In this document: positions 36,712 to 47,538 of the stretch, piece by piece | Position numbering within the stretch: position 1 is the first letter of the stretch | How the letters are laid out: the number at the start of each line of letters is the position of its first letter | Origin: a bacterium | Lineage (GTDB): Bacteria; UBA8248; JACPRG01; G963555815 | DNA: 64,000 bases | Direction of reading: 5' to 3' | NCBI GenBank assembly: GCA_965261595.1 | Contig: CBDHDG010000006.1 | Location: 544,001-608,000, forward strand | Program-made: the position numbers and the translations under genes | Notes under the pieces: generated by a model | Database searches by the model: none | What the model was told of the DNA's origin: nothing | What the model saw: only the letters and a program-made list of their open reading frames with translations

Positions 36712-38642
36712 AAGGCTCCCGCACGGCGGGCCTCGGCCGCGCGCGGAGGCGCCGAAGCGGAGGCCCTCCGTCCGGCGCCGGGCGTTCCGGAGAACCGCGT
36801 GCCCGGAGGCAGTTTTTCCATCCGGATGCCGAGGTGGTAGGCGATCAGCTCCCGGGCCAGGGGGGCGTAACGGCTTCCCCCCACGCCGGCGTGTTCGGCC
36901 AGGACGACAACGGCGATGGTGGGTTCTTCATAGGGCGCAAACGCCACGAACCAGGCATGGTCCCGGAGCAAGCGGGATCCCTCTCGTTGTTCCTTCGAGT
37001 CCTTTCGGTGCTTGAGCCGGACCACCTGAGCCGTTCCGGTCTTGCCGGCGACCTGGATTCCCGGCACCTTGGCCCGGAATCCGGTGCCCCGCACATCCTG
37101 GACGACGCCCCGCAAGGCGGCCCGGATGATCTCCAGATTTTTCGGGCTGACGGGAAGGCGTCCCCGGACCTCCGGCCCGAAGGTTTCCCGGACCGTGCCG
37201 TCGTTCTCCTCGATCCGGCGGACGAGATTCGGCCGAAAGAGGGTTCCTCCGTTGGCGACGGCGGCGATGAGGACGACCATCTGTATCGGGGTCACCAGGG
37301 TATAGCCTTGCCCGATGGAAACGGAGACGGTCTCCCCGGTATACCACCGCTCGCCCAGCGCCTTCTTTTTCCAAGCGCGGGACGCAACGATGCCGCCCTT
37401 CTCCCCCCGGCTGACGATGCCCGTCGGCCGTCCCATGCCGAAGCCGGAGGCGAATCGGGCGATGCGGTCGATCCCCAGCTTCAGCCCGAGCTGATAGAAA
37501 AACACGTCGCACGATTCAACAATGGCCCGGTGCAGGTTGACGTTGCCGTGCCCGGCGGCTTTCCAGTCGCGGTAGTTCCGGTTGCCGAACCTGAACTGGC
37601 CGGGACAATACAAGGTTTCCGAAGGATCGAGGACGCCCTCCTCCAGCGCGGCGGCGGCCATGATGATCTTGAAGACCGAGCCGGGGGGATACTGGCCCCG
37701 GGTGGCGCGGTCCTGCAAGACGCGCAGGGGATTCTGGAGCAGAGAGGCCCAGGACGATGGACTCATCCCCTGGGTCAGGGTGTTGGGATCAAAACGCGGG
37801 TTGCTGGCCAGGGCGAGAATCTCGCCGTTGCGCGGGTCCATGGCGATCAGCACCCCGGGGTGGCCGGCCAACAGCGACTCGGCCTTTTTCTGAAGGTCCA
37901 GATCCAGGGTCAAGACCAGGTTCCGGCCGGGTTTGGCCGGCCGAACTCCGATCAGCTTGATTTCGCGCCCGAAGGCGTCCACCTCGACCCAACGCTTGCC
38001 GTACGCCCCTCGCAGGACCCCTTCGAACTCCCGCTCGATGCCATGCTTTCCGGTCATGTCGCCGGGCCGGTAGCCTCGTTTCTTCTTGAGTTGTGCGTCC
38101 GAGATCTCCCCGAGGTACCCCATCAAGTGTGCCGCGGTGTCCCGCTGGGGATAATCACGCTGGGGATTGATCCGGAGCAGAACGCCGGGAAGCTGCCAGC
38201 GGTGTTCCATCACCTGCCCGACCGCCTCGCGGGGAAGGTTCTTCTGGACGACGATGGGCTTGAAGGGGTTGCCCCGGTGAATCCGGGATCGGGCCCAATC
38301 GGGGTCGAGGCCGGTTTGCGCTTGCAGACGCTTGAGGGTCTTCGGCAGGTCGGGGACGGAGCGGACGATCAGGGCGAGATGAAAGGCCGCCCGGGTTCCC
38401 GCCAGCAGCCGTCCATCGCGGTCGAGAATCTTCCCCCGCAACCCGCGAACGAGTTTCGTCTCAATCCGGTTGGTCTCGGAGCGGCGGCGGAAATCCTCTC
38501 CGTGGATCACTTGCAGGTCCCAGAGCCGGATGATGAGGGCGCCGATGAAAACGAACGCAATGATCCCGATCGATATGAGACGCCGGTTCAGATTTCCCGT
38601 CTGTAGTTCGGACTGGTCCCGGCGCAGCTTTCGAAAGTTCAT
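36708..38642 (-). CDS. mrdA: Penicillin-binding protein 2
   Basis: RGKILDRDG, PGSVFK (SxxK), SCD, KTGT; start trimmed to ATG 38642. Confidence 0.95.
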   Translation of the reverse strand: MNFRKLRRDQSELQTGNLNRRLISIGIIAFVFIGALIIRLWDLQVIHGEDFRRRSETNRIETKLVRGLRGKILDRDGRLLAGTRAAFHLALIVRSVPDLPKTLKRLQAQTGLDPDWARSRIHRGNPFKPIVVQKNLPREAVGQVMEHRWQLPGVLLRINPQRDYPQRDTAAHLMGYLGEISDAQLKKKRGYRPGDMTGKHGIEREFEGVLRGAYGKRWVEVDAFGREIKLIGVRPAKPGRNLVLTLDLDLQKKAESLLAGHPGVLIAMDPRNGEILALASNPRFDPNTLTQGMSPSSWASLLQNPLRVLQDRATRGQYPPGSVFKIIMAAAALEEGVLDPSETLYCPGQFRFGNRNYRDWKAAGHGNVNLHRAIVESCDVFFYQLGLKLGIDRIARFASGFGMGRPTGIVSRGEKGGIVASRAWKKKALGERWYTGETVSVSIGQGYTLVTPIQMVVLIAAVANGGTLFRPNLVRRIEENDGTVRETFGPEVRGRLPVSPKNLEIIRAALRGVVQDVRGTGFRAKVPGIQVAGKTGTAQVVRLKHRKDSKEQREGSRLLRDHAWFVAFAPYEEPTIAVVVLAEHAGVGGSRYAPLARELIAYHLGIRMEKLPPGTRFSGTPGAGRRASASAPPRAAEARRAGAL

Positions 38643-39157
38643 CGAGACCTTCCCAGAGAGCCGTCGCCCGCCAACCGTTTCACCCGGAGCGTATAAGTCC
38701 GGACCATCCAACTCACCAGGGGGCTGACCGCGGTGTTGAGCAAAACAACGGTCCCGAGCGTGGTCCACACGGTCTTGTCCACCGAGACCCCGTACAGCAG
38801 GAAAATCGCGCCCAGGTGGATTGCCGCGTCGAACAGGGTGGCCAGGGGGACGACCAGAAGATGGGTGATCGTTGTATGATCCCCCAAGTTTCTGTGAAGC
38901 GCCCCCGCAACGTACCCGATGAGCCCTTTGGACAGGACGTTCTGGCCCAGAAGACTGCCCGAGAGGCCGTCCTGGAGCAGGCCCAACACCCAACCGTAAC
39001 CGATTCCGGCCTTCTTCCCCCGTATCAGCCCGAAACCGACGATCAGCAGGAGGATCAGGTCCGGCTTGGCGCCCGCCAAATCGGCCACAAACTCGGCCAG
39101 GGTCGTTTGTAGAACGAGAATGACAACGATCAGGCCGAGGTCATACAGAAAGATCAT
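38639..39157 (-). CDS. mreD: Rod shape-determining protein MreD
   Basis: PDLILL, GLLQD; hydrophobic; between mreC and mrdA. Confidence 0.9.
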   Translation of the reverse strand: MIFLYDLGLIVVILVLQTTLAEFVADLAGAKPDLILLLIVGFGLIRGKKAGIGYGWVLGLLQDGLSGSLLGQNVLSKGLIGYVAGALHRNLGDHTTITHLLVVPLATLFDAAIHLGAIFLLYGVSVDKTVWTTLGTVVLLNTAVSPLVSWMVRTYTLRVKRLAGDGSLGRSR

Positions 39158-39987
39158 CGGGGAGGTCGCCGGCCCACCACAACGAGGACTTCTTCAAGAC
39201 GGGAAAAATCCACGGCGGGCCGTACGTCAATGGTCTGAAACATCTCCGTGCCGCTGCGATCCACGGCCTTCACCACGCCCACCGAAACGCCTTTGGGGTA
39301 TATCCCTCCGTAACCCGAGGAGATGACCTGGTCTTCCACCCGGATGTCTTCCTCCCGGGAAACGTACCGCAGGTATCCGGTGTTGCGGCCGTTGGATGAT
39401 CCGATGAAGACCCCGCCCGTTCGGGTGCGTTGGATCAGGGCGTCCACCGCGCCGCGGGCGTCGGTGATCAGCAGAACTTGCGCGTGCTTCGAGGCGACCC
39501 GGATGATGTGGCCCACGATCCCCTGATGATTCAGAACGGGGAGTCCTTCCTTGAAACCGGACTCAGAGCCGAGGTCCAGGGTGATGGTCTTCGACCAGTT
39601 GGCGGAGTCCCGGGCGATCACCGAAGCCGTGACGGTCTGGAAGGGCATCTGCCGCTGGAAAAAAAGGAGCCGGCGCAGCCGCGCGTTCTTGAGAAGAAGC
39701 TCCCGGTACGTGGTTTCCACGGTGCGCAGACGCTGCACCTCGGCCTTCAGGGATTCGTTCACCTCCCGGAGGTTTTCCCCCGAGGAGAGGTTGACGCTCA
39801 GCCGCCGAAGGGCGCCCACCGGCTTGTGGACCAGGGATTGAATCGAACCGCCGATGGCCAGCATCAGCCGCTCAACGGGAAGGGCGAGGCTTTTGTGGCG
39901 CACCTGGAGGGTCATCAAGGTCAGCGAGAAGATAATCAGGCCGCACACCAACAGGATGTCCTGGCGTCGCTCGCCGATGGGCCTCAT
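39154..39987 (-). CDS. mreC: Rod shape-determining protein MreC
   Basis: N-terminal TM, coiled coil, N.RLR.LL, SSGYGGIYPKG.VG, VDFSRLEEVLV. Confidence 0.95.
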   Translation of the reverse strand: MRPIGERRQDILLVCGLIIFSLTLMTLQVRHKSLALPVERLMLAIGGSIQSLVHKPVGALRRLSVNLSSGENLREVNESLKAEVQRLRTVETTYRELLLKNARLRRLLFFQRQMPFQTVTASVIARDSANWSKTITLDLGSESGFKEGLPVLNHQGIVGHIIRVASKHAQVLLITDARGAVDALIQRTRTGGVFIGSSNGRNTGYLRYVSREEDIRVEDQVISSGYGGIYPKGVSVGVVKAVDRSGTEMFQTIDVRPAVDFSRLEEVLVVVGRRPPR

Positions 39988-40009
39988 GGGATCAAAAATT
40001 CTCCGAACG

Positions 40010-41062
<1,053 letters not shown>

Positions 41063-41298
41063 TTAAAGTCTGTATACCACTCGGGCCCCATGGACAAGAC
41101 AGATCCAAGCCCAAGGCGCATAACATCTTCCTTAAAGGGCAATTTAGCAATTCCATGACACGGATAGCAAGCGAAATGCGTGAATTTTAGTTTGAACCTT
41201 CATTCTCCGAGACTTACGGAGGATCTTGATTTACGGCCGGCAATGATCTAACTTGGTGGATATCTCGACAGCCCATATTGGCGCACTCGGTATCGATC

Positions 41299-41327
41299 TT
41301 GTCAAAAACGGGTGGAAAACCTATCGT
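41299..41327 (+). promoter_or_regulatory. Putative sigma70 promoter for the ppiD-like gene
   Basis: TTGTCA-N17-TATCGT in an AT-richer divergent intergenic region. Confidence 0.5.
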
Positions 41328-41390
41328 TGAACAACCAGGGATCGTAACCGGAAACTCAACGGCCCCCATGCACCGGAGGTTGATTCCCCG

Positions 41391-43283
41391 ATGTTGAAGT
41401 TCATGCGCAAGCACGCCAATTCCTGGTTCATCAAGGTCATGATGGGGATGATCGTTGTGACCTTTGTGGGTTTTTTCGGCTGGAACGCCGCCCAAGGGCC
41501 GTTCACGAGGGATGTGGTCGCAACGGTGGACGGAGAGCCCCTTTCCCTCAGCGAGTATCAGGCGGCTTACCGGCAAACGTATGAACTCGTGCGCAGGATG
41601 TACGGCGGCGCCCTGGATGAAGCGGCGCTGAACCGGCTTCAGCTCGGCAGGCAGGCGATAGAGACGATCATCCGTTCCAGGCTTCAAAGCCGGCAGGCCC
41701 GCCTGGCCGGGATCTCGATCTCCAATGAAGAGCTGGCCCGCCACATCCAGAGTCGGCCGGCGTTCCAGCGCAACGGCCGGTTTGATCGCTCCCTCTACTT
41801 GGGAATCCTGCGGCGCAACCGGGTCCCCGTCGCGGCGTACGAGGAAGAACAAAGGGAGATTCTCCTTCTCGGGAGGATGGAGTCCATCATCCGGGACAGC
41901 GTCAAGGTGACCGGGCCCGAGATCGAGGATGCCTACCGCTGGAGCCGGGAGGGGGTCAAGGTGCGATACATGATTTTCCCGCCCAACCGACTGGAGAAGG
42001 AGGTGAAGGTCAAAGAAGACGATCTGCGCGCCTTTTTCGACCGGGAAAAGGGGCGGTTCCGCGTCCCCAAGAAGGTCCGGGCCGCTTATCTCTTCGCCGA
42101 TATCCAGTCCTTTGAGCGGTCCGTGAAGGTGACGGAGGAGGCGGTCGCCCAGGCGTATGAGGCGAGGAAGGAAGAGTTCCGGGAAGTCGCGCGGCGCAAG
42201 GCGCGCCACATCCTGATGAAGGTGCGGCCCGAGACGAAGCCGGACGATGTCGCGAAGGCGAAGAACAAGGCCGAAGGACTGCTGCGCCGCCTGCGCGACG
42301 GCGAGGATTTCGCCGTGTTGGCGAAAAAGTTTTCGGACGACCCGAACGCCGCTGATGGGGGGAAACTGGGCGCCGTCGCCCGGGGCGAGTTGGACCCGGC
42401 GTTCGAGAAAGCCCTGTTTGCGATGAAGGCGGGCGAGGTGAAAGGCCCCGTCAAGACCCCGTTCGGCTTTCACATCATTCGCCTGGACGCGATTGAACCC
42501 GAGCGGCTGCGGCCGCTTTCCGAAGTGAAGGCCTCCCTCATGGACGGACTCCGCGCCGCCCGCGCGGCGGCGGACGCCCGGGACGCCATCGAGAAGTTCT
42601 GGGTCGAGGTCTCGGAGGGAAGGGCGTTCGACAGTTTCCCGGAAACGGCGGGGATCAAGCGGGGCGTTTCGAAATTCTTCTCCGCCGACGGCAAGGGGCT
42701 GCCCGTTCCGGACTCCCGGAAGGTCGCCGCGGCCGCGCTCCGGCTCGCCAAAGGTGAACTCAGCGACCCCATCGAAGGAGAGAGCGGCTGGTACATGGTT
42801 CGCGTCACGGCCGAACAGGCCTCGCGGATCCCGGACCTGAAAGAGGTCCGCAAAGAGGCCCGGAAGGCGTACGTCCGAAGGCAGAGCGAGCGCCTGGCCG
42901 AGGAGCGGTCCAAGGGTTGGGTGAAATCCCTCGATGGGGGCGGACGCCTGCGGGAGATCGCCAAAAGGGAAGGATTGAAGGTGTCCGAAACCCTCTTCTT
43001 CACCAGGATCCGGCCCCTCGCCTCGCCCCGGACGGGGGATGAATTCTACGGGAAGGTCTTCGGGTTGAAGGCGGGCCGGGCCGGCCAGGCCGCGGCGCAA
43101 GGCGGGCGGATGCTCTTCGTCGTCACCGGCCGCAAGGCGGCCGACCTGGCGGAGTTGAAGAAGGACGACGGCCGGTTCCGCGCCCAGTACCTTCAGGACA
43201 AGCAGGGCCTTATCCTGAGAAGCTGGGCGAACGCCCTGCGCCGCTCAGCCGAGGTGGAGATCCGGCCTGGGATGAATCTGTAA
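41391..43283 (+). CDS. ppiD: PpiD-like SurA N-terminal/parvulin peptidyl-prolyl isomerase
   Basis: MLKFMRK + TM anchor, FQ.NGRFD, ARHIL, F..LAKKFSDD, GG.LG, TPFGFHII. Confidence 0.85.
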   Translation: MLKFMRKHANSWFIKVMMGMIVVTFVGFFGWNAAQGPFTRDVVATVDGEPLSLSEYQAAYRQTYELVRRMYGGALDEAALNRLQLGRQAIETIIRSRLQSRQARLAGISISNEELARHIQSRPAFQRNGRFDRSLYLGILRRNRVPVAAYEEEQREILLLGRMESIIRDSVKVTGPEIEDAYRWSREGVKVRYMIFPPNRLEKEVKVKEDDLRAFFDREKGRFRVPKKVRAAYLFADIQSFERSVKVTEEAVAQAYEARKEEFREVARRKARHILMKVRPETKPDDVAKAKNKAEGLLRRLRDGEDFAVLAKKFSDDPNAADGGKLGAVARGELDPAFEKALFAMKAGEVKGPVKTPFGFHIIRLDAIEPERLRPLSEVKASLMDGLRAARAAADARDAIEKFWVEVSEGRAFDSFPETAGIKRGVSKFFSADGKGLPVPDSRKVAAAALRLAKGELSDPIEGESGWYMVRVTAEQASRIPDLKEVRKEARKAYVRRQSERLAEERSKGWVKSLDGGGRLREIAKREGLKVSETLFFTRIRPLASPRTGDEFYGKVFGLKAGRAGQAAAQGGRMLFVVTGRKAADLAELKKDDGRFRAQYLQDKQGLILRSWANALRRSAEVEIRPGMNL

Positions 43284-43392
43284 GGCGGTCTTCGAATGCG
43301 GGGGATGACGGCGAAGGCCGCGTCCCCCCCCTCCCCCCCTCCCCCCCTGAAGCGGTCCAATCACTTTCAAACCCGGGCCTGTCTGACGGTTC

Positions 43393-43797
43393 TTAACCGT
43401 GGACCGGATGAATCCGGTCCACGGTCATCTCGAATACGAGACGCTTATCTTCCTTCATGGCGGCGAGGTATTCGTCCAGGTTGTCCGTCGGCCCTCCGTT
43501 GACAGCTTGGTAGAGGGCGAGGTTCTCTCGGCCGTCGGGGTCTTCGATGAGCCGGACGGTCCCCTCCACGGAGAGGTAGGCCTCGAAGAATTTTTCGAGG
43601 ATCACGCAGAGCGACGCCCGAGGGTCCCGCCGAAGGAGTTTTGTCTTGACCCGGTCCCAGGTGCAGGAGACCCGAATCTTCCCATCCATGAGCGCGTAGA
43701 GAACGGGGGAGAGGTGTGGCGCGCCGTCCTTCCGGAGGACGCAAAAAACGCCCCGGTGGTTCTCCTCCAGAAACCTCATGGCCTCATCGCGATTCAT
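43393..43797 (-). CDS. PPOX-class (probably F420-dependent) oxidoreductase
   Basis: RKDGAPHLSPV...K.K.LRRDPRASLCV...YLSVEG split-barrel pattern. Confidence 0.75.
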   Translation of the reverse strand: MNRDEAMRFLEENHRGVFCVLRKDGAPHLSPVLYALMDGKIRVSCTWDRVKTKLLRRDPRASLCVILEKFFEAYLSVEGTVRLIEDPDGRENLALYQAVNGGPTDNLDEYLAAMKEDKRLVFEMTVDRIHPVHG

Positions 43798-43883
43798 TGA
43801 GATCTCCTTCTCGTTCTTGTGTGCGTGTGCATTGCACGCATGGGGTTTTCCTTCGGCTCCGAGTCGGCCAAGACACGACCTTC

Positions 43884-44018
43884 TTGCGATGGAGGGTTGT
43901 CCATTTCATGGACAACCCTCCATCGCCAAATGAAAGTTTTCGGGGGGTTTGGGGGACAGACCCAACCGGGTCGAGTTTTCAAAGCTTGTCCCACGCGAAG
44001 GCGGGGATGTCCCCCAAG
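43884..44018 (+). repeat. REP-like element, family A copy 3
   Basis: Perfect 19-bp hairpin GCGATGGAGGGTTGTCCAT-TTC-ATGGACAACCCTCCATCGC, then AATGAAAGTTTTCGGGGGG, then TTGGGGGACA...TTTTCAAA...TGTCCCCCAA. Confidence 0.75.
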
Positions 44019-44024
44019 GTTTTT

Positions 44025-44843
44025 TTATCCTTTCAATCCCCACATGTGGTCCAGCGGGCCGTGGCCGGCGCCGATGTCCCCGGGCGCGCTTCGGATGGCC
44101 TCGGTGATGAAGCCTTTGGCCTCCCCGACGGCCTCTTCCAGCGCCCGGCCCTTGGCCAGGTGGGCCGTGATGGCGGCCGAGAGCGTGCAGCCCGTCCCGT
44201 GCGTGTTCTTCGAGTCGATCCGCTCGGCGCGGAACATCCGGAAATCGGTCCCGTCGTAGAAGAGATCGACGGCCTCGCCCTCCAGGTGGCCGCCTTTCAC
44301 CAGGACGGTCCGGGGGCCCAGGGCCAGCATCCGTTCGGCGGCCTCCCGCATCTCCTCCAGGCTGCCGACGGGGATCCCCGCGAGAACCTCCGCCTCGCCG
44401 AGGTTCGGCGTGATGATCTCCGCCAGGGGCAGGATGTGTCGGATCAGAGATTCCCGGGCCCCCCGCGCCAAGAGGCGGTCCCCCGATTTGGCGACCATGA
44501 CCGGGTCCACGACCAGGGGACGAACGTCGTACTCCTTCACCTTGGCGGCGACGATCTCGATCAGCTCCGCGTCGGCCAGCATGCCCGTCTTGGCCGCCCC
44601 GATGCGGATGTCCGAACAGACGGAATCAAGCTGTTGGGCGACGAATTCGGACGGGAGAGCGTGGACCGCCTGGACGCCCACGGTGTTCTGGGCGGTCAGG
44701 GCCGTCAGGATGGATGCGCCGTAGACGCCCAAGACCGTGAAGGTCTTGAGGTCGGCCTGGATCCCGGCGCCCCCGCCCGAATCCGAGCCGGCGATGGTCA
44801 ACGCGGTGGGTCGTGCGGGCATGCGGGCCTTTCCTTCAGCCAT
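44025..44843 (-). CDS. thiD: Hydroxymethylpyrimidine/phosphomethylpyrimidine kinase
   Basis: [49 protein letters not shown]. Confidence 0.96.
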   Translation of the reverse strand: MAEGKARMPARPTALTIAGSDSGGGAGIQADLKTFTVLGVYGASILTALTAQNTVGVQAVHALPSEFVAQQLDSVCSDIRIGAAKTGMLADAELIEIVAAKVKEYDVRPLVVDPVMVAKSGDRLLARGARESLIRHILPLAEIITPNLGEAEVLAGIPVGSLEEMREAAERMLALGPRTVLVKGGHLEGEAVDLFYDGTDFRMFRAERIDSKNTHGTGCTLSAAITAHLAKGRALEEAVGEAKGFITEAIRSAPGDIGAGHGPLDHMWGLKG

Positions 44844-45025
44844 CCGGCGAGAGCGGGCGGACGCTTCCGCGCCCCGACTGATCTCGAAATCAGAGAGAGC
44901 GGAAAATCCATGTCCTACTCTACACGATTCTGAAGCGATGACGCTTTGAGTGCGGGAGGGGAGGGGGAGGGACCCGCTCTCTGAAAATCGGGGGACGCGG
45001 CGGGATTCGGCGCCGCGAGAATCGG

Positions 45026-45053
45026 TTGATTCCTTGGCCCAATGGGCTAAAAT
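45026..45053 (+). promoter_or_regulatory. Putative sigma70 promoter for the ThrC-like/Ubl cluster
   Basis: TTGATT-N16-TAAAAT. Confidence 0.45.
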
Positions 45054-45157
45054 AAACGGACCGAAACCGAATGGGACCCGCGGCCCGATAGAGGTGGCCG
45101 ACGGAGGCGGGAGCGGCGCCGGCGCGCGGCCCTCGCCGGAGAGGAGCTTGAGAGCGG

Positions 45158-46399
45158 GTGGGATACGTCCTCGGATTGAGATGCAAGGAGTGCGGGAAGG
45201 AATATCCCAAGGAGCCGAGCCACGTCTGTGACTATTGCTTCGGGCCGCTCGAGATCGTTTACGACTACGACGCCATCGGCCGGGTGATCTCCCGCGAGTC
45301 GATCCAGGCGGGGCCGCACAGCATCTGGCGGTACAAGGACCTGCTACCCATCGACGGCGAGCCGTCGGTGGGTCTCAACGTCGGGATGACCCCGCTGGTG
45401 AAGGCCGACCGGCTGGGGGCCGCGCTGGGGCTCCGCAACCTCTACGTGAAGAACGACAGCGTCTGCTGTCCCACCTTGTCGTTCAAGGACCGGGTCGTGG
45501 CGGTGGCCGCCACCAAGGCCCAGGAATTCGGATTCGACACCCTGTCGTGCGCCTCGACGGGGAACCTCGCCAATTCCGTGGCGGCGCACGCGGCGGAGGC
45601 GGGCCTGAAAAGCGTCATCTTCATCCCGGCCGACCTCGAGACGGGAAAGGTCCTCGGGACCCTCATCTACAACCCGACGCTCGTGGGAGTGGACGGGGTG
45701 TATGACGACGTCAACCGGCTCTGCGCGGAAATCGCCAGCAACTACCCGTGGGCCTTCGTGAACATCAACATCCGGCCCTTCTACGGAGACGGCTCGAAGA
45801 CCTTCGGCTACGAGGTCATGGAGCAGCTCGGCTGGCGGACGCCCGAGCACATCATCGTCCCGGTGGCCGGCAGCTCGCTGATCACGAAGATCTGGAAATC
45901 GTTCCACGAGTTCAGGGACCTCGGTCTGATCGACGAGGTCACCGCCCGGGTGTACGCCGCCCAGGCCGAGGGCTGCTCGCCCGTCACAACGGCCATCAAG
46001 AACGGGTGGGACCACTTCAAGCCGCAGCGGCCCAACACGATCGCCAAGTCCATCGCCATCGGCAATCCGGCCGACGGATACTACGGCATCCAGGTCTGCC
46101 GCAACAGCGAGGGGGGCGGCGATGACGTGACCGACGAGGAGCTCGTCGCGGCCATGCGCCTTCTGGCCGAAACGGAAGGGATCTTTACCGAAACCGCCGG
46201 CGGGGTGACGGTCGGCGTAACGAAGAAACTGGTCGAGCAGGGACGCATCGCCCCGGACGACTTGACCGTCATCTGCATCACCGGCAACGGTCTCAAAACC
46301 CAGGAGGCCATCCAGGACAGCGTCAACGCCCCGCTTCGCATCGACTCCAAGTTCAGCTCATTCCAGGAAGTGTTCGCAGAACAAATGAAGGAGGCATAA
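45158..46399 (+). CDS. Threonine-synthase-like PLP enzyme; possible sulfur-carrier-dependent homocysteine synthase
   Basis: N-terminal CxxC..CxxC, PTLSFKDR (PLP Lys), CASTGNLANS, ETAGG, ITGNGLKT; followed 5 nt later by a MoaD-like gene. Confidence 0.9.
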   Translation: MGYVLGLRCKECGKEYPKEPSHVCDYCFGPLEIVYDYDAIGRVISRESIQAGPHSIWRYKDLLPIDGEPSVGLNVGMTPLVKADRLGAALGLRNLYVKNDSVCCPTLSFKDRVVAVAATKAQEFGFDTLSCASTGNLANSVAAHAAEAGLKSVIFIPADLETGKVLGTLIYNPTLVGVDGVYDDVNRLCAEIASNYPWAFVNINIRPFYGDGSKTFGYEVMEQLGWRTPEHIIVPVAGSSLITKIWKSFHEFRDLGLIDEVTARVYAAQAEGCSPVTTAIKNGWDHFKPQRPNTIAKSIAIGNPADGYYGIQVCRNSEGGGDDVTDEELVAAMRLLAETEGIFTETAGGVTVGVTKKLVEQGRIAPDDLTVICITGNGLKTQEAIQDSVNAPLRIDSKFSSFQEVFAEQMKEA

Positions 46400-46404
46400 C
46401 CACA

Positions 46405-46692
46405 ATGCCCGTGAAAATCCGCATCCCCACGGCCCTGCAAAAGCTCACCCAAAACGAGGGCGAGGTGGAAGTGCAGGGCGGCGACGTCAACGAGATCATC
46501 GACGGCATGGATCAACGATTCCCCGGCTTCAAGGAGCGCATGTACGACGAGTCGGGCGAGATCCGCCGGTTCATCAACATCTACGTCAACGACGAGGACA
46601 TCCGATTTCTGGGCGGGTCGAAAACGGCCCTGAAGGACGGAGACGAGGTGTCCATCATCCCCGCGATCGCGGGCGGTCTCGAGGTGGAGTGA
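46405..46692 (+). CDS. MoaD/ThiS/CysO-like ubiquitin-like sulfur carrier with C-terminal extension (AGG-LEVE)
   Basis: VKIRIPTAL...RRFINIYVNDEDIRFL...LKDGDEVSIIPAIAGG beta-grasp signature. Confidence 0.93.
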   Translation: MPVKIRIPTALQKLTQNEGEVEVQGGDVNEIIDGMDQRFPGFKERMYDESGEIRRFINIYVNDEDIRFLGGSKTALKDGDEVSIIPAIAGGLEVE

Positions 46693-46747
46693 CACACCGC
46701 GCCCCCCGTCCGCCGGCGCGATCCTCCGGCCCGGACGGACCCGCGTC

Positions 46748-47173
46748 ATGAAGATCGACATCTCGACCCGCTCGCTTCGGGCCATGAAGCGTCACGCCGG
46801 CCGGGACTATCCGCATGAGTGCTGCGGGTTCCTGGTGGGCCGCAAGGCTCGGGGGGGCCGGCGGATCGCCGTCGAGGAGGCCCTGCCCGCGGAGAACCTG
46901 AACCGCGAGCGGGCGCATGACCGCTACGAAATCAGTCCCCTGGCGTACCTGAGGCTGGAGGAGTCTCTCCAAGGGACCGGGCGCGGGATCCTGGGCTACT
47001 ACCACTCCCATCCGGATCACCCGTCCCGGCCCTCGGAGACGGACCTGACGATGTTCGGCGGCTGGCCGGGCTACATTTATGTGATCGTGGGCGTTGACGG
47101 CAAGACTGCCAAATCCAAGAGGTACGCAGTGACCGCGTGGTCGCTGGAAGAGCACGAGCTCGTGTCTGTGTAA
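46748..47173 (+). CDS. JAB/JAMM (M67, Mec+-like) metallopeptidase
   Basis: YPHECCG (catalytic E), YHSHPDHPSRPSETD (HxHx7Sx2D JAMM motif). Confidence 0.93.
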   Translation: MKIDISTRSLRAMKRHAGRDYPHECCGFLVGRKARGGRRIAVEEALPAENLNRERAHDRYEISPLAYLRLEESLQGTGRGILGYYHSHPDHPSRPSETDLTMFGGWPGYIYVIVGVDGKTAKSKRYAVTAWSLEEHELVSV

Positions 47174-47205
47174 CGGGGTGAACTTTCTCGGGGGCTTTTC
47201 GGAGC

Positions 47206-47448
47206 ATGGCTAGGCAATTCGTCACCGCGTATTTTGAAGGGGAGCTCGTCAAAGAGCCGATCATCTGCGAGCTGGGACGGGAATGCGACGTGATCCCCAA
47301 CATCTTCCGCGCGGACGTTCAGGCCGAGGAGGGGTGGATCGTCCTGGAGCTCGAAGGGTCAGAGATCGCCCTTCAGGAAGCCATGGAGTACCTGAGGGTC
47401 CGGGGCGTCCGCCCGGAGCCGGCGAAGGAAGAGGACCTGCCCGCCTGA
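47206..47448 (+). CDS. Stand-alone NIL-domain protein 1
   Basis: LVKEPIICEL..DVIPNIFRADV..GWIVLELEG...A.EYL...GV pattern. Confidence 0.8.
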   Translation: MARQFVTAYFEGELVKEPIICELGRECDVIPNIFRADVQAEEGWIVLELEGSEIALQEAMEYLRVRGVRPEPAKEEDLPA

Positions 47449-47538
47449 TGGCGGCATGGGCGAAGAGCAGGCCGAGCATTTGCGTCGGGTGACCCGGCGT
47501 CCCGCCCGCCCGGCGCCTCCTTACTTGAGGAATGAAAG

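Noticed and set aside
44844..45157. TPP riboswitch before thiD or SAM riboswitch before the ThrC-like gene
   Set aside because: No TPP CTGAGA core and no SAM-I/IV core recognised by eye; only generic hairpins. A cmscan would settle it.
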